Shown here piece by piece: positions 38,671-50,900 of a stretch of DNA of 64,000 nucleotides. How positions within the stretch are numbered: the stretch's first letter is position 1; each line of letters begins with the position of its first letter. Source of the DNA: Blasia pusilla (Eukaryota). The stretch spans positions 27,280,001 through 27,344,000 of the forward strand of contig CM114271.1 in NCBI GenBank assembly GCA_050084515.1, in the 5' to 3' direction. The translations under genes and the position numbers were made by a program. The notes under the pieces were generated by a model. That model saw only the letters and a program-made list of their open reading frames with translations. It searched no databases and was not told the origin of the DNA.

Positions 38671-39882
38671 ATGCGTGTGATAGGTGCTGGCATGGCGACG
38701 GACAACACGCGGGCATCCTCGACGGAACAGCTTTACCCTAATGAGCGCACATCGGGGCGAACGGACTACGCACAATTGGCCAATCACGATGGCAAATTGA
38801 TGCCGGGGCTGCTCCGATGCTGCGACGGGCAACAAACTCGGCTGGACGGAGAATCGAGGAGAGAATTCCTCAGCTCCAAGGACGCCAGCAAGCGGAAGAA
38901 GGTCAATCGTATTGCGAAGCTTAAGCAGTGTAAACTGGACGCCCGTCGAGAACAGTGGCTGTCGCAAAGTAGCCATAGCCGGCCCAAGCAGGACAAGCAG
39001 TATCAGTGTGTCGGCAGTAAGGACGATAAGGACGTGCGTGCAGAGAATGCGACCTGTGTGGAACAGGGCTCGTCGAACCAAGATGAAACGCAGTCAATGA
39101 TAGCGCGGCTTGCTGCTATTCCGGGAGGGACCAAGTTCCATGGTGGAGAAGAAGTGGGTGTGTCGGTGAAGAATGAGCAACACGGAGAGCAAAGAAAGGT
39201 ATGTACACAAGGGTCTGGCATTGACCATCAATTCTCTTCTCCTTACGGCAGTAGGTGTGCGAGCAGCAGTAACAGTTCGGGAAGTGGAAGCGAAGACAAT
39301 GATGTTTCATTCTCCCTCGAAACCGAAGACGATTGGGAGGTGGCAGCTGATGCCCTTACCATGCCCGGTTCGTCCGTAGCCAAGGTCACGAGTCACACGT
39401 CGGAACCCCCTTTTGATTGTCCGGATAAAAAGAGCAAGGCACCATCCACCTCAGATCTCCACAATGGCATGCTCAAACCGGATTATAAATGCAAGGGTCC
39501 TGGATTTAGGTTAAAGGCTAGAGTTGCAGGAGGACGAGCTTGGAGGCCTGATGATGTTTCTCGGCCACCGACACTACCGCGGCTGGCAAAGCAGCACAGT
39601 TTCCCATTAGAATCCAGTGCAGCAGTTTGGAGTGGGCTTCAACAAGGTGGTAACAACGTATGGGGCCCTCCCCCGGCACCGTCATATTGCCCAATCTGCA
39701 CAGAAGAGCTGGATGTGACGGATTCCTCATTTTTCCCATGTTCTTGCGGCTTCAGGTTGTGTCTCTTTTGTCACCATAAAATCTCGTCAGATGACGGTCG
39801 CTGCCCTGGTTGTAGGAAGGCTTACAGCCCTGATGTAGCCATGAAGCTTTCTCGCACCACAACATTCTGGTTACGTGTATAA
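38671..39882 (+). CDS. Plant RING-finger protein with C-terminal NOT4-type (C4C4) RING; putative E3 ligase; intronless; start may be ATG 38692 (MATD)
   Basis: 403-aa ORF. N-terminal KRKKVNRIAKLKQCKLDARREQWLSQ motif, central AWRPDD..RP..LP.L.KQ.SFP, and RING CPICTEELDVTDSSFFPCSCGFRLCLFCHHKISSDDGRCPGCRK. Confidence 0.93.
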   Translation: MRVIGAGMATDNTRASSTEQLYPNERTSGRTDYAQLANHDGKLMPGLLRCCDGQQTRLDGESRREFLSSKDASKRKKVNRIAKLKQCKLDARREQWLSQSSHSRPKQDKQYQCVGSKDDKDVRAENATCVEQGSSNQDETQSMIARLAAIPGGTKFHGGEEVGVSVKNEQHGEQRKVCTQGSGIDHQFSSPYGSRCASSSNSSGSGSEDNDVSFSLETEDDWEVAADALTMPGSSVAKVTSHTSEPPFDCPDKKSKAPSTSDLHNGMLKPDYKCKGPGFRLKARVAGGRAWRPDDVSRPPTLPRLAKQHSFPLESSAAVWSGLQQGGNNVWGPPPAPSYCPICTEELDVTDSSFFPCSCGFRLCLFCHHKISSDDGRCPGCRKAYSPDVAMKLSRTTTFWLRV

Positions 39883-42358
39883 ATGCGCTTCTTTTTGTTC
39901 CAACCTCTACGAACTCTTACTGGTAACAGAAAGATGGTGATCCACTTTATACTTTGTTGCAGTCGATTGTTTCTCTAGAAAAAAGAAAAGAAAAAAAAAG
40001 TGGTGTCCAAGCTTTCAATAAGTAAAGTCATTGCAGTGTGACAAATAAGTACAGCCATTGCCGTGTGACAAATTACCGAAACAGTTGTAGACTTCTAAAG
40101 GATCGTAAATTTTCCGGAATTGGGCCCCTACAGTACGTACTTGACGAACTTGTGATGGTACGGATGCGTTGAAAAATATGCTGAGCTCACAGACGAAATT
40201 CGTAGACGCAGGGGAAACTATCTTAATTCAGTTTATTTTTCTTTAGAATCGCGACATCGCCTTGATCTCGATGGCCAGGATAGAGCTTTTGGGATCTTCA
40301 GAATCCTCTCCTGCAATGGTAGTGTAGGTTGAAACATCTCCCTCTCTTAGCCCCATCCAACCAGGGGTAGGTGGACGGGTCTATGGTCGCATAGCTATGA
40401 CAGCCGCTACCTTAAGTCTCGCTCACATGATCGCAACTGACGACAGATACTTCTGAGTGAAAACATTCTATCTGTGAGAAACTTGCCATTGTGCGAGCTG
40501 CTGGTTCGAGACCTGCCACTCGAAACAACGAGGGTGTACCCTGTCCGGAAGAAGTACTAGGATCTCCGACTGGTGATGAAGCGTTTCTTCAGAGGAAAGA
40601 TCACTTCTATAGTCGACATGTGAATTGTTAAGTTACGATGTTCTAAATGGTTGATGACCGCTGCAAGACTGGGTGAGCTTATGTGGTTCTGTGTGTAAGC
40701 TCGCTCCTTATTATCATCACAGCATGACCAGTTTTTGTTAGGAAGAATTAGGAATATAGGAATTACAAGGTATAGAGATATATGATAACGATGGTTAGTT
40801 TCTCGACTCTACTCGACATCAAATCGTATGAGTCCAGGAATGGTCCATGGATAAATGTCAGAGACGTCGCAACTCCCACGGAAAAACCTGTCTAGACCCG
40901 AGTCAGGAAGTCGAATCGTTGAAACGGGGGCGCAACACTCGACGCCGGTCCATGACAATTACGCACAATCTCGTCTGTCGGAAGGCTGCGATTGTCCGAG
41001 CGCGATTCTCCAGCCCACGAAGTCACTAGGGACATAAAATCGTATGCCGGGGAGTCCACGGGATGGTCAACTGCCAAGGCTCCGTCCATCTCCGAGTCTC
41101 CGTCCTCATTGGTCCGCCATCGACTTCTCCTGGCGGATTCGGAACCGGTTCTCAACCCGGCCGAGCGTTCGGACACAGCCGATTTTGTGGCCGAGTCGGA
41201 TGAACAGTCGGGGTATAGATGTGGTTGCTATCATTCCTCAGCACACAGCATCAGATCCGAAGGAGATAATTTTGGAGTTTCCGTCGCTCGTTTACATGCA
41301 GCCTCGCATCCAAGTGAAGCGACTATGATATCAACATGATTCTTGTTCTGTTCTGATCTTACTCTGCCGCAGCCTACGATCCCACCAGCAGAACATTCTG
41401 GTGAGCAAGTGCGCCAGAGTATCATTTCACATGCTCCTTAGGAAGTGTGCATCGGTAATGTCAACTGACGAAATATATCGCGGCATCTATTTCCCGACGC
41501 ATCGGAAACTTCAAGCCAATAGGCCGTTCGTTCTACTTCCCTGCCCTTCCATTTCCTACGGAGTCTCGCACGCACCTCCGCTCACGCAGACCCTGCATGC
41601 CATTGCTATCCGTGTCGACACTACACGACATCCGCTCGACTATGTCCCGACCTTGAAAACCCCTGCTAAGTAGCGCTTTGCTTGTACCACACGGCATATC
41701 AGCTCCATATCGCGAGAAGCTCCTACACCATCGCAATTCTTGCTCACGGTGTCATGCCATACTCTCGACTTGATGCCACAGATTCCAAAGCCTGCCAATC
41801 GCGGCTTAGGTCGAGCGAGGCCGGTGTTAGAAAGTCCGTTGCTTCTCGACATGTCACCAATCCGAGCGATCGCTCGTGGCACAAGACAGTCGGTTGCAAA
41901 AGCGAAGCGAAGCACATAATGTGCATTCAATGCACATTCGGGCGGCTTGGCAATGTCACTTCGTTCCTGAAAGTGGCGCGTTAGGGCTGCTTTTGGAGCT
42001 CCTCCGCACCCTAAATCCTTCGAAACCGCGAATCAACCATTCGTTCGGCACCGAGCGAGGGCGTGTTCACGTACCGCCGGACGCCAATGGACGGAGAGTT
42101 CTATCTATCCACTTCGTTAACCTCAAGAGCGCCAATCATTCCGTAAAGCTCCGATCAGATAAGGCAACATTTACGGCCAAGGTACTGAGACCACCTCTAC
42201 GCTCTTTCGTCTCATGCCCTCTCAGCTTCCCTCCCCATAACTGTTACTCCTACCTCCGGAAGGCCGTGAATATTCCTTTGTTAAACTAACAAAATCCGAT
42301 AGTTGGGAGAGAATGAATAATCTCACTTTAAGCTACTTAAACTAATTGATTCCCTTTA

Positions 42359-42445
42359 GAGCCCCTTCTTTCTTTTTAGGGCCGGTTACGGCAGCGGGTT
42401 GGCTCTCTAGGCCTCCCCCTCCTCTTTTGTGTCTCCCATGAGTTT
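42359..42445 (+). mobile_element. Short fragment resembling the 3' UTR of the CRE element
   Basis: GCCCCTTCTTTCT..GCCGGTT.CGGC..CCTCTTTTGT.TC is shared with the reverse complement of ~33730-33825. Confidence 0.5.
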
Positions 42446-43476
42446 TTATTCAAACCCATCAAACGTTTTTATTATTGAAGTTCATTATTCTTCTTATAGA
42501 ATTAAAAAGGTTAATCAATTTTCTCCTTAGGAGAAGATATATGTTGGAAATAATAGTTTTTGCCATTAAATACCTTTTTACGGCCTTTACAAGTACGTCC
42601 AAATTAATATCCCTCACAGGGAGTGTGCCACATCCCGCTTTTTTGTTCTCAATGTTGATACCAGCCATGTCGACATATTACTTAAGTGGGTGATTGAAGA
42701 TTCGTCTTTTCTGATTGCATTGATGTCGAGTTTCGATGTCATTAGGGTACATTCGCGTGCAAGGATTTTTTTTCGTGTGCAAAGCTTTCGAGTGCCACAA
42801 TAGCCACGGCCATTTCCCGCTCTCCCTATTTCAAGTTTCATGCGTGAAGTTGTCCTAATTGATTGACTTTCCTTCTGTTCGATATCCAAGAACGATTGAG
42901 CCGGGTGTGGCTCGTGTGATGTTGTCCATGCGCACCTAGCCTAGCTACTACACAATTTTCGTGTAATGGCAAGGCAACGTGTTCCAACCTACTGCTACCA
43001 TAGGGCGCAATGTCCTTGACACTATTTTTTTTCACATTGTCAAGACCGACGAAGCACGAGTGTTGCTTTTCCATCTCAGTTCGCAAGTGAGTGCAATTAT
43101 ATTGGGACTTTCCTTACGTTTCTTTGCTTGCAATTCTGCACTTGTTGCTGCCTCATTTTCCTGGACGCTGCTTCTTCTAATTACACCGTGCGACGCTTTC
43201 GCTTTCTCAATATTTTTTAGCTCCATCAATTTCTGCGGTGGTTCTCCACTTTGTTTATTTGTTGTTTCGCGCCCGCTTGGTGCTTGTAATCTGCATTGCC
43301 TTATTAACATCGGTCAAGACGTTTGTGGTTTGCGATCATCATCATCATCATCGACATATGCATATTCCAATTTTGTACCATCTGTCCCCTATCTTTTTTA
43401 TTGCGTTTGAGAAATTGAGAGAGTCTTCATAGACGTAGCATCCGCTCCTTCAGGCCTATATAAGACCTGAAGGAGC

Positions 43477-44116
43477 TGTTGTGCGCATACACATCGCAAC
43501 ACAATGTACATCGCTGTCATCGAACACACACACAAACACACACGATCCCATGCTAACTCATGGCATCCATACACAGAGGCGAGAAGTACCAAAATATCTC
43601 CAATAAAGTAAGATCCAATCTCTCTTTACACCATCTCACACCATAGCTCTCAAAGGTGTGCACTCTCTCTCTTGTCAAACCAAACCCATTCTCCTAATGA
43701 GAGGCTTGGGTTACACTCACAAGGCAAGGGACCATAGCTCTGCCGCCTTATGCCAAGAGGTTCAAGAAAGAAAGAATGAGATCTCAAGCTCTCTCTCTTG
43801 GAGGTATACCCCCTTCCCTCTCCCAAGCCCTCTCAACGGTAACCTATGCTCGTAGGTCACCTCCTTGGCTCTTGACCTGCTATAGTGGGTCAAGGGCCAC
43901 TTTCCAAAGTGGAAAGTCAACTAGCAACAACATGGAAACTTACCCAAAATAGTAAGTTTCACTATATGGTTCCAAATGAGCCGAAACGAAGGGGAAACAT
44001 GCTCTCTCAGGTTTCCCCAGGCCTCAACAGGTCATCCTCGACCTCCTGGGTGTGTTCTCCAATGCTCGTGCAGACGCTTTGCTAGATCCCACCGATCTAT
44101 CCTAACAGTCGTGATA
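43477..44116 (-). repeat. 3' LTR of copy 2 (640 bp)
   Basis: TGTTGTG...CGTGATA (terminal CA mutated to TA). Aligns to 859-1209 plus 7433-7722. Confidence 0.9.
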
Positions 44117-44118
44117 GC

Positions 44119-44246
44119 TGTCGTGCGCATACACATCGCTACACAACATACATCGCTATCATCGAACACACACACAAACACACACGATCCCATGCTAACT
44201 CATGGCATCCATACACAGAGGCAAGAAGTACCAAAATATCTCCAAT
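44119..44246 (-). repeat. Internal 128-bp duplicate of the LTR terminus (copy 2)
   Basis: Direct repeat of 43477-43604; 2-bp spacer GC at 44117-44118. Confidence 0.9.
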
Positions 44247-46334
44247 CGCCCCCCTAGGTGGTGGTTAGGTCCTTATAACTCCAGATAGCAATCTATCCCT
44301 ACCTACCACGATATACATCTCTAGGACGCTAAGAGCAGAAAGACTGGGTGCTCATGTGGCCCCATCGTTAGTCGCCTTCCTGTCATCCATGTCACAGAAA
44401 AAGTCAGAATCGAAACCTACATAGTATCCCCTCTATGTACATCTGGGACACATCCATCGTCCCCGAGGAACCGTAGTGAGAGGTGGCGTCAGACATGCCA
44501 CATGCCAACCTCTCGAACATCCATCACAGACTAACATCATGGCCGCACCACGAGCAGAACCACATAACATACAACGCAAGCATGCAGGAACTACTGCTGA
44601 GCTCGGATCTACTGTACCATCAATGTTAGGAAGGTGACATGGCGCATAACTACGCACATGGTCCTTCCATACCATACCATCGCATCCCTCCAGCAAGAGA
44701 ACACCGGATGGAAAAACGTCACACACTCTCAGGATAGTGCGCCATGCAGTCACATCCAACGTCCTCAGTGGCGTCTGCTGCAAGTAGACATAATCTCCAT
44801 GTTGAAACCTCCCGGTAGTTGGTCGATAACCACCACCCCGAATAGTTGCATAACTCAACGTATCCCAATGCTGCGCAATCGCCAAGTTCTCGAACGCCAT
44901 GGGCATCACTCTCCGAAATAACTTAGCCCTCTAAGATCATGCTCACATCCATATATATGGGTCATCAAGGTCCAACACCTCACTAGCATCTTGACGAATG
45001 GCCGTAGGTAAATCTGGCTCTCGGCCATAAAGTAGCAAGTGCAGTGAAAAAGACGGTAAGGATGCCTGCCTGTTGAATCTGTATCCCATCGCCAACCACG
45101 GCAATTGGAGGTCCCAATCTCCTAGGTGACCTCTCTGCAAGCCATACTTGCGCAAACCACTCTTCACCTTTTGCACAACTCTCTCCGCTAATCCATCCGC
45201 CTCGGGATGATCTCGCGAAGTCATGCCGTGGTCGATCAGCGCCTGATCACACAAGGCCTGGAACTCACCGCAAAACTCGGTACACTGGTCTGTCAACACC
45301 TCAGCCGGTGCGCCATAATGACTCAGCACTCTGTCAAGGAAGGCATAAGCTACTCCCTCACTCGCTTTGTCAGGAAATGCAACCAACTCAATCCACTTTG
45401 AGAAGTGCTCGACCATCACCAACCCATAACGTTCAAGCCAAAGGTCTTGCAAAATCCAAACTCCATCTATATCCTAAGCCCATGATCGATAATGGATGCA
45501 ACTATGGAGTCAGAGCATTGAACAATGCTCGGACCAAATCACACACCATGCACCTAGCAACAAACTACTGAACGTGAGTCTGCATGCCTCGCCACCACTA
45601 TTGAATCAGGAGCAAGTTGTACGTCCGCTTCACCCCAAAGTGACCCAACTCCTCAGGGGCATGCTCCACTAGTCGTGCTCTCTGCAAAGGATGTGGCACT
45701 ACGCGTATTCTACCATCCTCCCAAACCCTCAAAACATGTGTCCCCTCCCACCGGAACCGTCTGGCCCGCTGTAGGATCCGATCCCGCTCTCTAGCACCCA
45801 CGGTGCTCGCAATGCTGCCAGTACAAAGGTACTCCAAGACTACTCCATCGTCATGAATATCTTGGCCACCTGTCGTCTCCTCACTGGCCTCAGGATCCAA
45901 AGACTCTCCACTAGACCTCGCCATCAAAGTCTCCACACTCTAGCTCTCCATATCCAACATGCCTAAATAGGCTAAAGCGTGCCATCTTGGCACTGACTCC
46001 TCATCATTCTCTCCATGCCATCGAGCTCCACTCGCATCTCGCTCACTCGGGCATGGGTTACGACTCAGCCCATGTACATCGTGGTTGAGCATCCTAGGTC
46101 TATGTACCACCTGAAAATTGTACTCCTGCAGCAACAAAGCCCATCTCACAAGCTTCCCTGTAAGCTTGTCGAGCTTCATCAACCAATTTAGTGGTTGATG
46201 ATGAGTGATGATGGTAAAGGGGTTGCCGAATAAGTAACACATGAAATGTGCGACAGCCCATACCGCATCCAAGCACTCACCCTCATACAAGCTATACTTC
46301 ACCTCTGCAACGTTTTTCGAACGACTAGCGTAAG

Positions 46335-46808
46335 TGTCATGCGAATCCACATCGTCATACAACATACATTGCTGATATACCATACTCACATACATACATA
46401 ACATAGACGAGAGCATCCAAAAACACAAGTGTACCACAACTGAAATCTGCGAAAGACCTACTGTCATAAAACACATATACAATCATATACAATCGAGCCA
46501 AACCCACTCCACGATGGGAGAATCAAGGTCGAAGCTTGCGGGAACCACCATAGCCAAGAGCTCTATTCACTACCAAGGCTAACTCCCAACGCAACAGACT
46601 CAACTCAAAGAACTAACTATTCTTTGAGTGCACTCCACACTATATCCTCCAACCTAAGAGCGGGCCCTACTGGAAAAGTCACCCTCAACTGAGTAATCCC
46701 TAACCCTATGTATGAAACCGCATCTCTACCTAGACACTACGGCCCTACATAAGGTATGGCCTCTACTAGCACACTATACTCTATGACATAATCTGTATGG
46801 TCATGACA
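46335..46808. mobile_element. Solo LTR (474 bp) of another family inserted in RNase H of copy 2
   Basis: TGTCATG...CATGACA with 4-bp TSD TAAG (46331-46334 and 46809-46812). The empty site GCGTAAGCCACC is present in copy 1 at ~9938-9949. Confidence 0.92.
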
Positions 46809-47477
46809 TAAGCCACCATGAATTCTCTACCCTAATCATCATGTTGGATGAGCACCGCTCCAAGCCCCAACATGCTCCAATCTGTGTGCAACTGGAAAGG
46901 AAGCCCCATGATCGGTCTCCTCAAGATGGGCACGAACGTCAATCTATCCTTGAGTAGCTGAAATGCTCGCTCCTGCTCATCCTCCTAGTGCCACTCATTA
47001 TCCACCTTGGTCAGCAAGGTCAGTGGCTTCGCAATCGAACTAAATCCCTTGACGTACCTCCGATAGAAGTTCGCCAATCCCATGAACACACAAACGTGGC
47101 TCACATCTGTAGGGCGTGGAATGCGTGAAATAGCCTCTACCTTTGTCCGGTGAACACCAAGGCCACCTGGGTATATCGTATGACCCAAGTACTCAATCTA
47201 GTCATAGAAGAACTTACACTTGTCTGGATGTAGCTTCAGCCCATGTAACTGCAATCATCGAAACACATCCTCTAGATGTCGCTCATGCTCTTCAACCGTG
47301 GCACTAAAGACTACGATGTCATCAATACAACACTGAGCAAAATCCACACCTGCCAAGATCCTATCCATGACCCCTTGAAACTCAGCCGGGGCGTTCGTTA
47401 ACCCAAATGGTAAGAACCGCCACTGGTACAAACAATCCTTCCCGTAAGGATCGATGCCCCAAAATATCGTCTTGTGC

Positions 47478-47950
47478 CGTCGTCTTACTCAAACAAAAAT
47501 AAGTTTGAGTAAGTCTCGATGTTTTCGGCACATACCAGAGGATGTGCAGGTTTGGAGGGGGTGAATGTCGTATAGTAAAATCAGCCAGTGTGTAAACTCC
47601 TTCCTCGTTAAGTGTTAGATAGAATTTTATTAGTATTAAGTAAATTAGCTTAGGAAAAGGAAATCCTCATGTTTAAACCTCTTTATGGTGCCTCTTTTAT
47701 GCGGGCCCAACTTTAGAAAAGAGGTAATAAATAAAAGATGACTTTATAAAAGTAAAGTAGTGAGGTTGGTGCTTTAATGAAAAGCAAAAGTAGGTTTGGT
47801 TGGTGGCTAGATTAGTTGGGGTAATTTGGAAAATATCAAGTGGGTAAAAGATGATATTTTGGAAGAGATATGAGGAAATCTACTTGTGTCAAAATGTGAT
47901 TGGCTAAGCCTTGAGAGGAAGCAATGTGGCACAAGATAAGATCTTCTCAG
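47478..47950. other. Unrelated AT-rich insert at the deletion breakpoint of copy 2, with a terminal hairpin
   Basis: RT homology to copy 1 stops at ~47477. Perfect 11-bp inverted repeat at 47484-47494 / 47503-47513. Retroelement-like coding sequence resumes at ~47956. Confidence 0.6.
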
Positions 47951-50900
47951 AGAGTTCATCTTGCATCAACCGCGTCTGCCGCAGCTAGAAGGCATGCCCT
48001 TACTCGAAGAAAGACTCTCGACACGACACCGACAACATCACCAACTCTCCAGGAACTTTGATCAGGACCCATCAATAGGGTCCTCATCGCCTCAGACAAC
48101 GTGAAAGATTGAGGAAGCCTAGTCTGTTTCCTCGCTTCCCCTCGTTGTGGATCCAACTCTACGGCTGCTCCATGCGTCAGAACTGCGTCTGCCTCCATCT
48201 GGTCAACCCCGCACATCCAACCAGGATCCTCCATATCTCCTACTGCTCCATATGATGTCAATGCCACAGATCCTGCATCAGGTAATCTCAATGCCATATC
48301 GGCAATCTGCTCTTGTAGCTGATGTATCTGAGCAGCCATCCTACCCTCATGCCCGACATCTCCCTTGACGTGTCTAAGTGGTAGGACTCTACCTCCTCCA
48401 CAGGCAGCTCCACCACCGTGTCGGGCAACTCTAGCTCCTCATCCCCCACAGGACCACCTGACGCACAATCTCTAGGCCCACCCGATTGGCTACTCGCTCT
48501 GATGCCCTCTCTGGCCCTCGGTCTAGACGTAACTCAGAATGTAAACAGAAACACATGGCGCGTGTATGACCATACCTCTGACAATAGTCACACTGATAAC
48601 CTCCTGGTGCTGCACCATCTCCTCCTCCATGCTAAGGCACACATCCATGACCTTGATGAGTGCAATCGCATTGATGATGGACTCCACCACATGACCAACA
48701 AGTACTAGTAGGCGGCTGCTGCTAAGCCGCATATGAAGGCGCAGGTCTCTGTGGCATGGCCTCCCGGTATCCTCCCTCAGCTCATCGTGACACTGTTGAC
48801 CTATCTCGGAGTCCACGTTGCTGCATAGGTGGTGCAGAAAATTGCGACTACTCTTGCCCAGAACCCATGGTGGCTATGCTCTCCTCCCCCATGTTGCGCT
48901 CAATGTTCTTGGCGGTCTTAAAAACATCTCTCAACGTAGGGGAGATATTCATAAGAAGCACCCCCTCCCGCACCCGTGTCCGTAGGGTCTCATCCAGCAT
49001 CGCGTACCATGATTGGATAGCCTGAGCCTCTGTCACCCCCTGGGTGACGTTGATCAACCGGCCCAAGCGACTGTAAGCCTCACGCAAACTCTCACCCAGG
49101 CGCCTCTTGAAGTCGTGGATGCTTCGCAACTTCTCCGTCCGTACCCCTTGGTAGCTCGCCCTTAACTCAACAAAGAACTCAACCACAAGGTTGAATCTGG
49201 GACGAACCCGACTAGACGGTGCAACTGCTCCCGTGACCCCTCCTAAAACGTCACTAGTGGAAGAGGAAGTAGCCTCTCTTGACTCCTCCTCCTCATCTAG
49301 GAACGGCTCCATCCATGACACATAATATGGGTCATAGTAGAGCCTCCACGCCTCAATCTCACATGCATATCTCTGAGAGAACTCATGGTAATCGTCCATG
49401 GGCGCCCCCTCTAAATGATGGAACAAACCATTCCATGCTGTAAACGGGTTGAACTCTCTAGAGTTCGTGGCCCGCTGGGAGTCGCACCAACTCCTAAACT
49501 CTGCTATGAAATCATGCAACTCAATCGTACCTACTGCACCTGAAAACATACGCGCTCCTCTACCCCGGTTGTCCATCTCATACGCCCAACTGGTAAGACC
49601 ACTCACAATATGTGGCAATGTGCGCACAAACTCTTCTACACCCTCCCCCTTGTCTGACGATGATACAGAAGGAGGTCGAGGTGGTCCCTCACGTGGAGAC
49701 CCTCGGAACCTCGCGCCACTCCGCGTAAAACCTCTAGAGCTACGCTCGGGTTCACCACCTCGCCTCTCAAAGTCCCAAATGGACATCGTGATGACCCTCG
49801 TGCCCCTCTCACCCAATCACTCTCAACCTCGCGAGTAGTCCCTCAATCACTCATGCCAAACATGTGGCACTCGATCTACACTCTCCCTCCCCGAGACGTG
49901 TAACGTGCGGCAACATGCGGCGTGGTGCGGCAAATCGACCAGACTATCATCTCATCGACAACCTACCCTCAACTCTGGACATCCCACACAATCTATGTCC
50001 CCTAAACTACATACATGAATGATGCTTTCAGCATCCACAAAACCCAATATCCCCAAATAAACTACCCAGATCCCAAAATCCCTCACACGTGCAGGGTAAA
50101 GGACTAGTATGGGTAACCTTAACACATGTCGATGTCGCTCCTCAGCAACTGGAAATCTCGACCCCAACTTGGTCTTGAAGATAACTCCTCCAATCAGCAA
50201 GTCGTACTCCTCTCGTACTGACGCTGCTCAACCTCCTCGATGTGCGGTGCGGTCGAAGCGATGCAAGTGATCGGCGACGCACGGAACGGCTACAAACAGC
50301 ACGGCACTGGGGAATGGGGTGCGGCACTCGGTGACATACCCTCTTCAATCAGCAATTCACATGCTCTGCTCCTTCGTGAAGGAGCAGTTCCGCAATTGAG
50401 ACGGTGCGGTGCAGCCACGAGCAGCACGGCACAACAATCAGCGGCTCGTTGAAGATTAAAGTCATTTGCACTGCATGTTAAATATGCCAAATCCAAAAAA
50501 TATGTATGTTCACACATTAATTTTAATAAATTACTATTATTAGCCCTACATATATTATTGTTAAAGTAACTCACAACATTAATCAAACTACTTAGGCCGC
50601 ATACTTCTTTAGTAAATTATATAATATTAAAACAACCCCATGCAATACACAGACGAGATGATTGGAAATGAAACAAGTATGCAACCTAACAATGTACGTG
50701 TTGGATTAACCTACATACATAGAGGTAGACCGTAATGTTACTACAAGGTTTTAATAGCATAATTACTTAGTACAAATTATACTTAGCTGGTAATTGAGCC
50801 ATAGCAAACTTGGTGTTGTACTATTGGTTGGCTTTAGGTATGCATGGTATTGCCCATGATGCATAAATGATGAGAGTGTAAAGAAGAGAACTTAGATGAT

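Larger units (their letters stand above)
43477..50130 (-). mobile_element. DNMT/PHD Gypsy family, copy 2: gag, partial RT, RNase H, IN-PHD and 3' LTR; PR-DNMT-RT N-terminus missing; no 5' LTR seen
   Basis: gag ORF 48848-49816 plus knuckles CWSCGGVHHQCDC and CDYCQRYGHTRAMC. pol ORFs 46985-47188, 45598-45936, 44943-45452 and 44433-44909, ending in a complete PHD (..CMLC..CDGC..WHVACLTPPL..WMCPRC). Confidence 0.92.

Noticed and set aside
37452-38741. Overlapping ORFs upstream of the RING gene
   Set aside because: Low-complexity GA/GT-rich leader or promoter-like sequence with no domain signal.
45940-46482. 180-aa ORF as a novel fusion protein
   Set aside because: Chance read-through from the inserted solo LTR into RNase H.
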